A DNA stretch of 64,000 nucleotides from the NCBI GenBank assembly GCA_002104945.1, contig MCFH01000006.1:806001-870000 (forward strand). Direction: 5' to 3'. Both the position numbers and the translations under genes were made by a program. The notes beneath the pieces were generated by a model. The model saw only the letters and a list, made by a program, of their open reading frames with translations, was not told where the DNA came from and searched no databases. This stretch comes from Piromyces finnis finn. Lineage: Eukaryota; Fungi; Neocallimastigomycota. Below are positions 13,900 through 27,447 of the stretch, one piece after another; position 1 is the first letter of the stretch, and every line of letters starts with the position of its first letter.

Positions 13900-15552
13900 T
13901 TATAATTATTTAATAGAAATAAAAAACAAAAAGAAAAAAGAAATAAAAGAGATGAAATTTAAGACTATTTTTATAATATATTATATATTATAAAAAAAGA
14001 ATAAGTTAATATAAATAATAATTAATATTTAATATTGAAAAGAAAGTTGATTAAGAAATTTATAAAAATTTCCTATTGAATTCAATTTTTATATATATTT
14101 TTAATTTATGTTGAAAAATAAAATTTATTTCTCAAAAAACTACAATTGATTGATAAATTATATGTATAAATATTTTATTTTTTTTTCTCGAAAAATTTAT
14201 TATGTTGTAAATATCTTATTATATATTTCAAAATTTTAATTTTTTTATAAATTATATTATTTCGCATATTTACTTTATATAATGTTTTCTTATTTTTTTT
14301 CTTTAAATATTTTTAAGATGATATTAAAAGAAAAAAGAATAAAAATAAAAAAAAGAATATATATTTTATAAAATATATATTTTGAGATAATTATATTTTC
14401 TTTTTAATTTTTAAATATATAAAATTATTTTTAGATAATTTGAGAATAAGGCATTATTATTTTTATATATTTATATAAAAATATCAATCTATCTATATAT
14501 AAATCATAATGTTTAAGGTTATAATTTAAAAATAGGTTTATTTTTATTTATTTTATTTCTTTTTTTTTTTATATATTTTATTATTTTATTTTTATTTTTC
14601 ATTTTAATGTAATTTTATTTTATAAACTATTTTACTTATTTAGAGAAAAATGAAATGAATATTTGTGTTTAAAAAAAAAAATAAAGTAATATTAAAAATT
14701 TTAAATGTCATAAGATAAAAGTAATTATATTTTAAAATTTAAGGCTATTTTAAAAATAAAAAATATAAATTATAAATAATAATGTATATTTTAAAAATCT
14801 TATTAAAATATATTATTTAATTATAGAAAAAAAAAAAATGGAAAATTATAATACCGAAGGTTTAATGGATATATTCATATAAATTTAGTTATATAATTTA
14901 TAATGGAGATAAATTATATAACTTTCTATCATTTTATAATTATATTTTAAGAGAATTAAATGTAATAAGAAAATATATATTTATATAACCTTTATTAAAA
15001 TAGTGTTTTTTTTTTTTTTTTAAAAAAATATTTTTAATTAAAAATTCTTTTTCCTTTTTATAATATTATTAAGTAATTATGAATAAGATTTTACTTTTAT
15101 TTTCTTATTCTTCTTGAATAAAACAATCAAAATTAATATGCTTTAAATATATTCAATAATAAAAATAAAATTTAAAATTAATTATTTATATTGGAAAGGA
15201 ATTTTTCACTAAAATTCTAATAATTATATGAGAAAATATAAAATAAAAATAATATATTTCTTTAAAAAAGTTAAAAGTTTTATCAATTTGTCAACACCAT
15301 AGTTTATTTATTATATTTATTTAATTATATAATAAAATGAAATTTACTTGAAAATATTTATAAGAAAATTTTATCATATTTTAATTTTAATAGATCAATA
15401 TTGTTTGAATTGTCTTATTAATATTATAATTATGAAAATGTGTGTGTGTATGTGTTTTAATATTTTTAATGTTATGCTATATAAAATGATGTTTATATTT
15501 ATTATTTTTCTATAATAATTATAGGTGAAATTATATTGAATATATAAAAAAG

Positions 15553-15594
<42 letters not shown>

Positions 15595-15595
<1 letters not shown>

Positions 15596-16972
15596 TACTG
15601 TGATTTTGGTAAGAATCGTTCATAAAATTGTTTTGCTTTTTGCTCAAATATAATTTGCGAACTTTCTGGTAATTCAGATATAAATCTCCCTTAAATGTTT
15701 ATAAATCAAAAAGGATAAAAAATATTAAATTAATTAAAATATATATTAATATTTAAGAAGATTTATTATTGTTAAAGTTGAAATACATGTTAACTTTAAT
15801 CTATTTCTTATTGAATTTTAATAAGGTATGGAAAGTTTTTAATTACCTGGATTACCACCAAATACTGAAAACGATGGGATTACAGTATTTGGTGGAATGA
15901 CAGTGTTATCAAGAATTCTACAATATTCTTTTATTACTGAAAATCTTCCCTATAATACATTGATTTTATATTAAATAAATGCAGTATTAATCAAATGAAT
16001 TATTTTTATGTTATCAAATCTTTTTCTTTTATTATAGTATCATTTACTTACAACAACACAGTCATCTCCTATTATTACATATTGTCCAATTCTTGCTGCT
16101 TCTACAATACTTCTTTTTCCAATATGGACATAATCGCTTATTTTCATTGGATAATAACTAAATACTCTATTTGTTTATATTAATAATATCAATTCATTTT
16201 TTCATAAAAAGTAAATTATAATGTTAAATCATAATGTTAATTTTCAATTATAATTTATTAAAAAACATAGTTTATATAATATTTAAATTGTTTTTTTATA
16301 ATTTAACAATTAATAATGAAAATTTGTATTTCAAAATTTCGATATATATATACATGATGAATCATAAAAGTATAAAAACATAAAAACATATTAATAAATT
16401 AATACATATCATTTATTTAAATGATTTTTTTTAGATATTAAAAAATAAGCTATTTAAATTACCCTTTATATATTTTATATGGTGGTCTTATTATTGAATT
16501 TTCTCCTAAGAGACAATATTTTCCTATACCAATGACAACTGCATATCCACTTCCTTTTCTTCTTAAATCACCTCTTATTATACAATTTTGTTGAATAATT
16601 GTCTAATGATATCAATACATTAAATTAAATTAAATAAATAAATATAAATAAAATATTATTGAATTAATTGAATTGTTTATATATAATAATAATTAACGTC
16701 TTTTTTTTCATATAGCGGATTAAACAAAATCTATTATTTACTTTTCCTCCCAAAACAATATTTTGAGGAACACTAATTACTGATTTTCTACTGATTTTAT
16801 TACCACTTTCCTAAGGTCAATATTATTTAAGGTTTATAATTATATAAAACATATTTAGCTTTCGAAAATAATTGCATTTCTTTCAATTTTATAAAATAAT
16901 TAAAAAAAACTGATGCTTAGATACAGTTTCAATATACTCCGATTTATCATAATAAATAATATCTTCATCCAT
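15595..16972 (-). CDS. DCTN5: Dynactin subunit 5 (p25), left-handed beta-helix; multi-exon
   Basis: [16 protein letters not shown]|..[19 protein letters not shown]|[41 protein letters not shown]|..[30 protein letters not shown]|[35 protein letters not shown]|RFISELPES. Confidence 0.93.
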
Positions 16973-17885
16973 TGTATATAGTATATTTTATTAATATTTT
17001 AGATTAAATTGTTATAATTAAATAAAAAATTGATAATTAAATATTTATATAATATATATTTTGTATATATATTGTCCACAATCCTAATGATATATATATA
17101 TATGAAAAAATAACAAAATATATATTAATTATATTAATTAACAAGAATAACAAATAAGTTTATAAATATAAATTATACTTGTTTACTTTAAAATTATTTT
17201 GATTTAATTCTATTTTTTAAAATTATGTTTAAGTATATTGAAACTTCATAATTATTTTTATTTAATTAATAGTGAAAATAATTTTTTTACATAAAGAAAA
17301 AAAAATTTTAATTATTTTAAAAAATATTAAAAAAAAAATATAATTCAATTGTTCATATAAAAAATTATACCTCTTTTAAGATAAAAAAGATACATTACTA
17401 AATAATTAATCTATAATAGAAACTAATAAAATAATTATATTATTTATCATTTTAAAATTTATATTAGTTTTAATGGTTTAATGTTATTAATGTTATATAA
17501 ACACTCTCATTACACAACTTCATAATGTACTTTTAAACTTTTTTGATAGATACTTGTGTAACATAATTTTTTATTTTATTCTTTATTCTTTTTTTTTTTT
17601 TTTTTTTTTGACAGTAGGCTTAAACTTTAGAACATATTTGTATTAAATAATTACTTTCCATATTATAGTAGAAAAACGAGAGTATGGACTAATTTTTTCT
17701 TGTTTTTCTTGCTATGATTAGTAAATATTAAAATTATTTATAGATTTACACACTTTTAAAGCTACTTTGTTAAATAAATATTTATATAGGATAATTTTTA
17801 AACTTTTTAATATAAAGTTGATATTTTATTTATATTTAAAATTTTTCTTTTTATTTTTAAAAAATATAATAATTGTTAAGTAAAT

Positions 17886-18312
17886 ATGAAAATTAAATTG
17901 AATAGTAATATTATTCTTTTATTTTATAATTACAAATAAAATAAGCATTTATAAAAATAAAATATTAAATATATTTATATTAATATATATTTTGAAAATT
18001 AATTTTTATATTACTTGGAAAAAAAAGAGTAAATTTTTATTTTGAATTAATATAATTTTAAATCTTTTTTTTTATAAAAAGTCTCTCAAATTAATTGCAT
18101 ATTTTAATAAATATCAATGTTTTTTAAAATAGTTGGTCGAGTGTAGCTTTATGGAAATGGGTTGTTACTGATGAAGAAGATGTTTGTGGTATTTGTAGAA
18201 ATCAATTTGATAGATGTTGCCCTTCTTGTAAAATTCCAGGAGATGATTGTCCATTAGGTAAAATAATATAGTTTTTTTTAAACTAAAATATAAAGTATAA
18301 TTTATTATCACC

Positions 18313-18362
<50 letters not shown>

Positions 18363-18641
18363 AATAATAATAATCAAATAAAATAAAAGAAAAAAACATT
18401 ATTTTAACGATTTATTAAAATTTTATATAAAATTCGATAAAATATTTCAAATATATAAAAAGTGTGGGGTCAATGTACACATTGCTTTCATTTACATTGT
18501 ATGATTAAATGGCTCCAAACCGAATCAAGTAATCAAGCTTGTCCAATGGATAGAAGACCATGGGTTTATTTAACGGGTGATCCAACAACGCAAGATTCTC
18601 AACAACAACAACAAGAACAACAACAAGAACAACAATTATAA
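17886..18641 (+). CDS. APC11: Anaphase-promoting complex subunit 11 (RING-H2); probable exons 17886-17904, 18133-18257, 18463-18641
   Basis: [41 protein letters not shown]|[34 protein letters not shown] matches Apc11. The first exon (MKIKLN) is plausible, but its junction is 1 nt out of frame. Confidence 0.92.
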
Positions 18642-19273
18642 TAATAATATAATATCAATTCTATGCTAAAATAATATCTTAGTAACTTTTTTTTTGTAAA
18701 TATTCATATATTTATCTATTACCTTTAAATTAAATAATTATGAATGAAATTAATAAATATAAAAATATTCATTATTAATCATTCTTAAATAAAATATATA
18801 GTAAAAAAAAATACATTTATTTGAAATAAGTTTTTTTTTTTTTTATTTATTTTATTTAATGTTGTTTTAATTTTAATGATGATATATAATTAAATTATTT
18901 TTTAGTTTAAATTTATTAATTTATTAGAATTAAGATTGATATTAATTGTTAAATTTTTTCTCTATTATTATATATATATATATTTTTATTTAACAATTTA
19001 TAATAATATTGTTATATTTGAATTATTATTATTAATTATTATTATTATTATTATTTAAACTATTAAGATTTCATTTGTTATTTCTTTTATATTAATAGTT
19101 TGTTTTATATTATTATTATTATTTTTTTTTTTTAATATTAATTATTTTTGCTATATATTTTTTATTTTTTGTTACTTTTTATTTTTTATTTCTTATTTTT
19201 TGAAATAAAAAGTATTGTGGTATGATTATTAAAAATTAATAGTTTTATATTTATGTATTTATATTATAAAATT

Positions 19274-22200
19274 TTATATATTTTTTTGGTCATTAAAATT
19301 ATTGAGGTTTTTTAATTGCCCTTCTAATTCATTTTTCTTTTGATTTAAAAGTTCATTTTCTTTTTCAACCTCAATAATTTGTTCATTCAGAACGGCTAAT
19401 GAATTAGAATATAGAGAGCCTTTATCACCTAAAACAATTTTTAATTGTTCAGCCATTTTCAACCTATTCTTTTCTGATTGATTTACTTGTTCTATTAATG
19501 AATTAATTTGGTTCTGTAATGTGATTCTCGATTGATCCATTGATTTCTTTAATTCCTCTTCTTCTTCACTCATCTTTTTAATACGTTGACGAAGAAATTC
19601 GTTTTCTTTTTTGCAATTACCTAATTTCTTTTGTGATGCATCTAATTGATTTCTAATATCAACAATAATCATTTTTCTTGTTAATGACATGACATTTTCT
19701 TCTTCTAATTTTGCAATTTTATTATCTTTTTCAACAATTATTTGTTTTAATTTTATTTGACTTTCTTCAATCTTCTTATCAAACTTTTCTTCAAATTCTT
19801 TTATTTGATATATTTTTTCATTATATTCAACCTGAATATTGTCAAGTTTTGCTTGATATTCTTGAACTAAGTCTTCAAGATAATTATTTCTATCTAAAAG
19901 TTGTTGATTTTGAATTGGTGGAATTGGTTGTGTTGGTGGAGGAGCATTATTTGGTGGAATATTTGCTATAGCAGTATATTGAAGTGGTGGGGTGTTATTA
20001 GCCTTAATAGAAGGTGAATTTACTGACATTATTGGTGAACCAAATGGTATAACTGGTGAACTGTATGGACTTCCAAAAGAATGGTGATTCATTTTTATTT
20101 GATCAACACCACTAGTGTAACTTTTAATGCTTCCAGTATTACTTAGATTTCTAGGACGGCTATGTTCTCTAGGGCCATTATTTCTAATTTCAAAACTCAT
20201 TCTATCAAGAGTTTCTTTTAACTTTTCTAATTCTAATTTATTATTTTCATTCTTAATTTTTTCATTATTAAGTTCCTTTTCATATTGAATTTTCTCTTCC
20301 TCAGCTTGAACAATTCTCATTTGATAACTATCAACCTTTGCTTGACTTTTGGTTTTCAAAATTGAATATTCATTTTGAAGTTGAGAAAATTTGAATTGAT
20401 ATTCTTCTAATTTTGCTTGAATCTTATTGATTTCATTTTCTTTTAATTGTAATCTACTTTCTAATTCTGATACAGTTTGTAATGTAGATGTTAATTCACT
20501 GTTCTTATTCAATAGATTATCGTTAAGAACTTGAACTTCACTTTCCATATTATTCATTTCTTTAGCTAATTTATCTTTTTCTACCTTTATTTGTGTTACA
20601 GCTTCCTTAATAGAATCACCCTTTTCATTGATTCGTTCACTCTTTTCATTTAATTCATCTTTAACAAATCTTAATTTATTTTCATTTTCCATATATGAAA
20701 TCTTTACTTCTTCTAAATTATCTTGAAGTTGTTTTGTATTGTTTTCATATACCATTATTCTATTTTCTAGGATATTACATTTTTCTTCTAATGAAGTAGT
20801 ATGTTCTTTTTCAGATAATATTAATTTATTCATTTTTTCAAATTGCTGTATTATAATAGATAATTTCTCTACAGTCTTTTGATCATTATTAGTATTTTGA
20901 TTTATAGTTTGCTTTAAGTTACATGCCCATTGAACAGCATCATTATTTTCAGTATTATCAATAATTTCATTTAAGTTATCAATTAAATCTTGAAGTGAAG
21001 TATATTCATCTTTAACTTCATTTAATTCATTGATTTGTTGTTCATATGCAGTACTTTGTTCATTCATTTTAGTCATTAATGATTCATAGGCTTCGGATTT
21101 TTCTTTATCAAGTTCTTCTTTAGCTTGAGTGATATTATAAATACTACCCTCAAGTTTCTTAATTTCTTCATCCCTACATTGTAAAATGGTATTCAATTCA
21201 TCAATTGTAGTTTTGGCTGTTGAAATTTCCTTGGAATGAATATCTATCATTTCTTGAATTTTATTGGTTTGCTCATTATTTTTCGATGTGTTTTGACTTA
21301 ATAATTCGTTCAAATCATTGATCTTTGAATTTAATTCAATACATTCAGTTGCTTTTTGAGAAAGCTCTAAATCCTTTTGCTCATAATCTTGCTTCCTTTT
21401 TTCTAATTCCTTATTTAAGCTATTTATTAATTCACTTTGATGAATGCTTTGATCCTTTAATAAATCATTATCTTCATTCAAATCTTCATTCATTAATTTT
21501 TGTTGCTCATATAAATTGGTTTGTTCCGTCACTGATTGATTTAATTTTTTATTTTCTTCTTCTAATTTTTGGATTTTTGTAGCCAACTCCTCTTTAATGA
21601 CCTTTAACTCATTAATAGAATCTTCATTTCCCTTAATTTTATCCTCGTTGGATTGATTTATATCAGATAATTGTTTATTATCATTTGTTAATAAATTAAT
21701 TGAAGAAACCAAGTTTTCATTCTTTTTGGTCATTTCATCAATGATTTCATAAAGTTTCCTATTTTCTATATTTAAGTTTTTGATATCTTCACTAAGATTG
21801 GTAATACTCTCCTTTTGCTTATTAATTTCAACATCCTTATCTCCTAATACATTACATAAATTACTCTTTTCACTACTTAATTCCTTTGATAAGTTGGCTA
21901 TTTTCGATTCATATAATTTACAAGTAGCATCTTGTTTTGATTCCAACTCAAGAATTTGTTCTTCATAATGTTTGCAAGCTTCTTTTAATTTAAATTCATA
22001 ACCAGCAATCTTGATTTCATAATTATCACATATTTCTTTGCATTGCCCTTCCAGAGAAGCAATCTTTTCATCAAATTGTTTGCAAATTTCATGATGTTCT
22101 TCTTGAATTGCAGATATTTGGCGATCATAGTTTTCACAGGTTTTTGTATAATTTTCACTCATATTAATCATTGTAGAGTTATATTCATTACGTGAACTTT

Positions 22201-25200
22201 CATACTTTCCTTCTAATTCTGAAATAGTTTTTTCCATTTCACTTATCTTTTCATCGTATTCATTACATGTGTCATTATGTTCTTTATTCAAAGATTCTAT
22301 TCTATCTTCATATTCATCGCATGTTTCTATATGTTGTTTTTCTAATTCTTCAATTCTCTGATCATATTCTTTACAAGTATGACTTAAGCTTTTGTTCAAA
22401 TTAGCAACCTTATTATTATATTCTTCACGCATATCATTATAGCGTTTCTCTAGATTAGTTATCTTATCATTATAACCTCTACAAATAGAAGCATTAGCTT
22501 CTGACATGCCAGAAATTTGAGTATCATATCTTTCACAAGTCTCATCATATTTTATATTTAATTCCTTAATTTTTGTTAGGTATTCTTCGCATGTATCATT
22601 GTACTTCTTTTCCATTTCTAATATTTTATTATCATAATTTTGAACTGTTTCAGAATGATCTTTTTCCATATCATTTTGAATTTGCTCCAAACTAGAAATT
22701 TTTTTATCATATTCAAGGCAATCCTTTGAATTCTGTTTTTGAAGATCTGAAATCATCTTTTCATATTTTTCACGTGCTTCAGTATAATTATCATCTAATC
22801 CGGCTACCTTATCTTCATAATCTTTACAAGTATCATTATATTTTTTCTCTAACATAATTATCTTATCATCATATTTATGACAAGTTTCATTATGCTCTTT
22901 TTCCATAGCCAAAATTTGATTATCATAATTTTCGCATGTTTCAGAAAAGCGATCACCTATATTTTTAATTTTTTCTTCATATGCATCACATGAATCATTA
23001 TGTTGTTTTTCTAATGAAGATATTTTTTTATCATATTCAATACAAATATCAGAATATTGTCTTTCCATATCTAATATTTTGCTATCATATTTTTCACATG
23101 TATTCTCAAACTTCTTTTGCATATCTAAAATTTTATTATCATAACTTTCACAAGTATCACTATATTTATTTTCTAAATCTGAGATTTTATTATTATAATC
23201 ATCGCATATATTTTGATGTTCCTTTTTCATTACTGATATTTGATTATCATAATTTTCACATGTATCAGAGTATTGTGCACCCATTTCTACAATTCTTTTA
23301 TTATAATCTTCACATGTTTCATTATATTTATTTTCCAAATCTGAAATTTTATTATCATAACTAAGACACTCATTAGAATGTTGTCTTTTCATTTCTGATA
23401 TTTCATTATCATAGTTAAGACATGCATCTGAGTATTGTTTTTCCATTTCAGAAATTTTATTATTATAACTTTCACAAGTATCACTATATTTATTTTCTAA
23501 ATCTGAGATTTTATTATTATAATCATCACATATATTTTGATGTTCCTTTTTCATTACTGATATTTGATTATCATAATTTTCACATGTATCAGAGTATTGT
23601 GCACCCATTTCTACAATTCTTTTATTATAATCTTCACATGTTTCATTATATTTATTTTCCAAATCTGAAATTTTATTATCATAACTAAGACACTCATTAG
23701 AATGTTGTCTTTTCATTTCTGATATTTCATTATCATAGTTAAGACATGCATCTGAATATTGCTTCTCCATTTCTAATATTTTATTATCATAGTTGTGATT
23801 TGTAATAGAACGTTCTTTTTCTATTCCATATATTTTATTATCATAATCAAGACATCTTTCTGAATACTCTTTTTCTAAACCTGATATCTTATTATCGTAA
23901 TTAAGACATGCATCTGAATATTGTTTTTCTAAACTAGAGATTTTATTATCATAATCCAAGCATTTTTCAGAATAATCTTTTTCCATACCTGAAATTTTAT
24001 TATCATAATTAAGACATGCATCTGAATATTGTTTTTCTAAATTAGAGATTTTATTATCATAATCCAAGCATTTTTCAGAATAATCTTTTTCCATACCTGA
24101 AATTTTATTATCATAATTAAGACATGTATCTGAATATTGTTTTTCTAAACTAGTGATTTTATTATCATAATCCAAGCATTTTTCAGAATAATCTTTTTCC
24201 ATACCTGAAATTTTATTATCATAATTAAGACATGCATCTGAATATTGTTTTTCTAAACTAGAGATTTTATTATCATAATTAAGACAAATTGTAGATTGCT
24301 CCTTTTCCATTTCAGATATTTTTTGATTATAATTTGTAACTGTCTCTGAAAATAATTTATCCTTTTCATTAATAATATTTGACATTTCATTCTTTAAATC
24401 TTCCTGTTCTTTAGAATAAATTTCATTATTTTCTCTAATTTGATTTTCATATTCATCTTTTTGTTTAACCAAAGATTCTTGAGTGTTTTTTAAATCATCA
24501 GTAACATCATTCAGTTTTTTTTCTAACTGAATACGATTTTGATTTGCATTTTCAATTGTGATTTTTAACTCTTCAATAGTACCATTTAGTTCATTAATAA
24601 CATTTTCTAATTCGGATTGTCTGGTTATTAATTGATCAATATCACTTTCAAACTGTTCTGTAGATCTTTTATAACTGTCTACAGATGCCGTTAATTCGCT
24701 AATTCTTTTTATATTATATTCACGCTCTTCATCTAATGTATTTTGCAGTTTTTCTTTTTGATTTTCAGTATTTTCTAAATTAAACTTTATTTCATTCAGA
24801 GAAATAATTAATTCATTATTAACATGGGTTAAGCTTTCATATTGATTTTCAAGATTTAATTTTTCATTTGTTAATGCTTGATGTTTTAAATTAATGACAT
24901 TTAAAGATTCCATTTTTTCTGATAAATCTGACAAAAGTTGGGTTTTTTCATTATTAAATATTTCTCTTTGTTGATTAATTTCATTTAGATGATTTTCATT
25001 AAGCGTTTCAATATTTGCCTCGCTTGTTTTGATATAGGTTTGATATTCTAAAGACATACTATTAATATCTTCCTTAATTTGATCAAATTTTATTAATAAT
25101 TCATCATTTTCTTTGTTTGATAATTGTAATTTTCTATTACTCTCCTTTAACCTTTCTTGTGTGGTAATATAACTAACTTTTATACTACGAATAATATCAA

Positions 25201-27447
25201 AAAGTTGCTTAAGATCAGTAATAGTATTATTTCCAATCTCAGATGAATCGTCTTTCTTTTTTTGTTTTTTTATTACAGAAGTTTTTTTATTATCACCAAT
25301 AGTTGACTTTTTAAAACCACTTGTCGGTAATCTAGATTTTGTTCCTAAAGGTGATGGTAATGGGGATGGTATACGTGAAATATTTAAACTTCTTTCTGAA
25401 GTATTTATACTTAATTCAGAAGGTGGTGATGATTGTGAAGAATTAGAAGCTGGTGTTGATCTACCGTCATCTATTTCAACAGATTTTAAATAATTTAACA
25501 TATCCGTTACATTATTTGAAATTTGACTTATTAATGTTGCTTTTTCTTTAAGGGTTTTTTCAAAAACTTTATTCATATTTTGAACATTATCATAATATTC
25601 TGTTTTAGATATACTCTCTTTAATTTTTAGTTTATTAAAATTTATATAATTATTTAATAATTAATAAAAAAAATGTATACATAAATATAATTTTAAATAT
25701 TATTTTATATATGATAAATAATTTATAATTACTTATCTAATATTACTATATATTAATAAAAAAATTTACCGTTTTTAGCTATGTGTAATTCTTCACTTAA
25801 TTTAGCCATTTGAGTTCTTACACCTTCTTGAGCAGAAATAATAGAAGTATCATTAATATTTTTAAATGTTCTTGCAATAAATCTAATAGTATTTCTTGTT
25901 TCTAAATAATCATTTAAATCTGATGAAATATGAGATATAAGAGAATAACTACCAGTTTGTTGAATACAATCTTGCATCATCTATTCAATATTTAAATTTG
26001 AATTTAATAATTAAAATCTACATAATATATTTTATAATATATTTATTAAATAATTACATGAGTTAACTTTGATTCACGATAGGGTATAAATCCTCTGAAT
26101 TGTTTATCATTAACGTTTTCTAAAACTTTTGATAATGTTAATAAACCAATTGATTGGCCTAATTCTTTATTTCTATCAACACTTCTTTTTGGCTATTTAT
26201 TATAATATTTTAATATTATATTAATTAGAAAAAATTTTTTTTAAAATTAATTTAAAATTCATTCTATTCACTTTTTCTGAACCAGCTAAATGTGCAAAGT
26301 GTATTTTCGATGATACTGAATTTCCTTTGCCATCTTCTTGAACTAAATAAAATGATAGTATAGTATGTGTTCTTGTTGAATTTTCTTCATCAATTATTGA
26401 GTTTCTTGTATCCCAACCATGTATAATACGACTATTAATATATCAGTTTAAATATATGAAAATATAAATAACATACTTATTAATTTACATATTTTAGATC
26501 TAAAATATATTATATTTAATAAAAACTATTATACGTTTTAGATCTTACTCTAATATCATATCTACAGAAATGATTTTCTCTTCTTTTACACCTGTAATAA
26601 CAATTCCTCGCTTTCCTAAATCTCGTACTACTATATTTGAACTCATTTGAGGAGTTCTTAAAGTGTTTGAATTAGGTGAACGAGAACGTAATGATGATTT
26701 TGGTCGATTTTCTGCTAATAAATCTATAAATTCTTCTTGGAATATACATAAAAAAGTCATCTTTAATGAAAATATAGCATTTGGATTCTCTTCTTGTGCA
26801 TCTTTTATGTAATTAAATATATCTGTAATACTTCTCGGTATAATACCTTTTTTTAATAAAATAGAAAAATAATTGTGGTAATATATTAGAATCCCATATA
26901 ATTAAATATTAGAATTGTTTAATCTTATAATTATAATACCAGTATTTTCATTAAAGCCTTTTTCTAATTCTTCTTTGAAGTCTATGCCAATAGAATATTT
27001 CTTACCAGAACCACTCTGTTTATTGTATTTTTATTAAAAACATATTATAAATATTAAAAATTATTTTTTGATTATTAAAGTTTAAATTGCCATTATTGTC
27101 TATCATTAATATATATTTTCTTTCTTTTTTAATTTAAATCTAATTTTATTTTATTTTTAATTTGAATTTGGTATTTTTTTTATCTTTACCTGACCATAGG
27201 TCAAGATAGCTGTATTCATTCCAGATAAAAATCTTTCAATCATTGGTCTGGCACTTTTTGTATATACATCTTCTTGAGTATCATCTTTTGAAAATATATA
27301 ATGATACCCTGAAAGCTTTGAATAATGACCACCGACACCTTTTTCGTCTTTTATCCATAAAAGTCCTTGAGAAGGTAATATCTCAACACATTCTTGTTCA
27401 GTTCTTGATGGTCGTATTCTAACAGTATTTAGTATTAAATTTTTCAT
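19274..27447 (-). CDS. Giant (~2,500 aa) kinesin-like protein: divergent N-terminal motor domain plus a very long coiled-coil tail with an 18-aa Cys-periodic repeat
   Basis: Motor exons 27447-27190, 27015-26940, ~26840-26550, ~26432-26272, ~26182-26058 and 25980-~25770 give VRIRP, YGQ|SGSGKKY, GIIPRSITDIF, NSTRTH, HLAGSE and PYRESKLTH. They splice in frame (G|AG, ESISKTEYY...) into the 6.3-kb exon that contains ORF 19274-25576. Confidence 0.88.
21900..24300 (-). repeat. Coding tandem repeat with a 54-bp/18-aa unit (~44 units) and 108-bp and 324-bp higher-order duplications
   Basis: Unit CLNYDNKISxLEKQYSDA. The word aatccaag recurs at 23953, 24061 and 24169 (108-bp period). The block tttcattatcatagttaagacatgcatctg occurs at 23401 and 23725 (324 bp apart). 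Confidence 0.92.

Noticed and set aside
19711-23688. Several plus-strand ORFs rich in Y/H/F/I (e.g. 22981-23364, 23422-23688)
   Set aside because: Antisense shadows of the repetitive kinesin-tail exon; their mutual similarity simply mirrors the 324-bp duplication.
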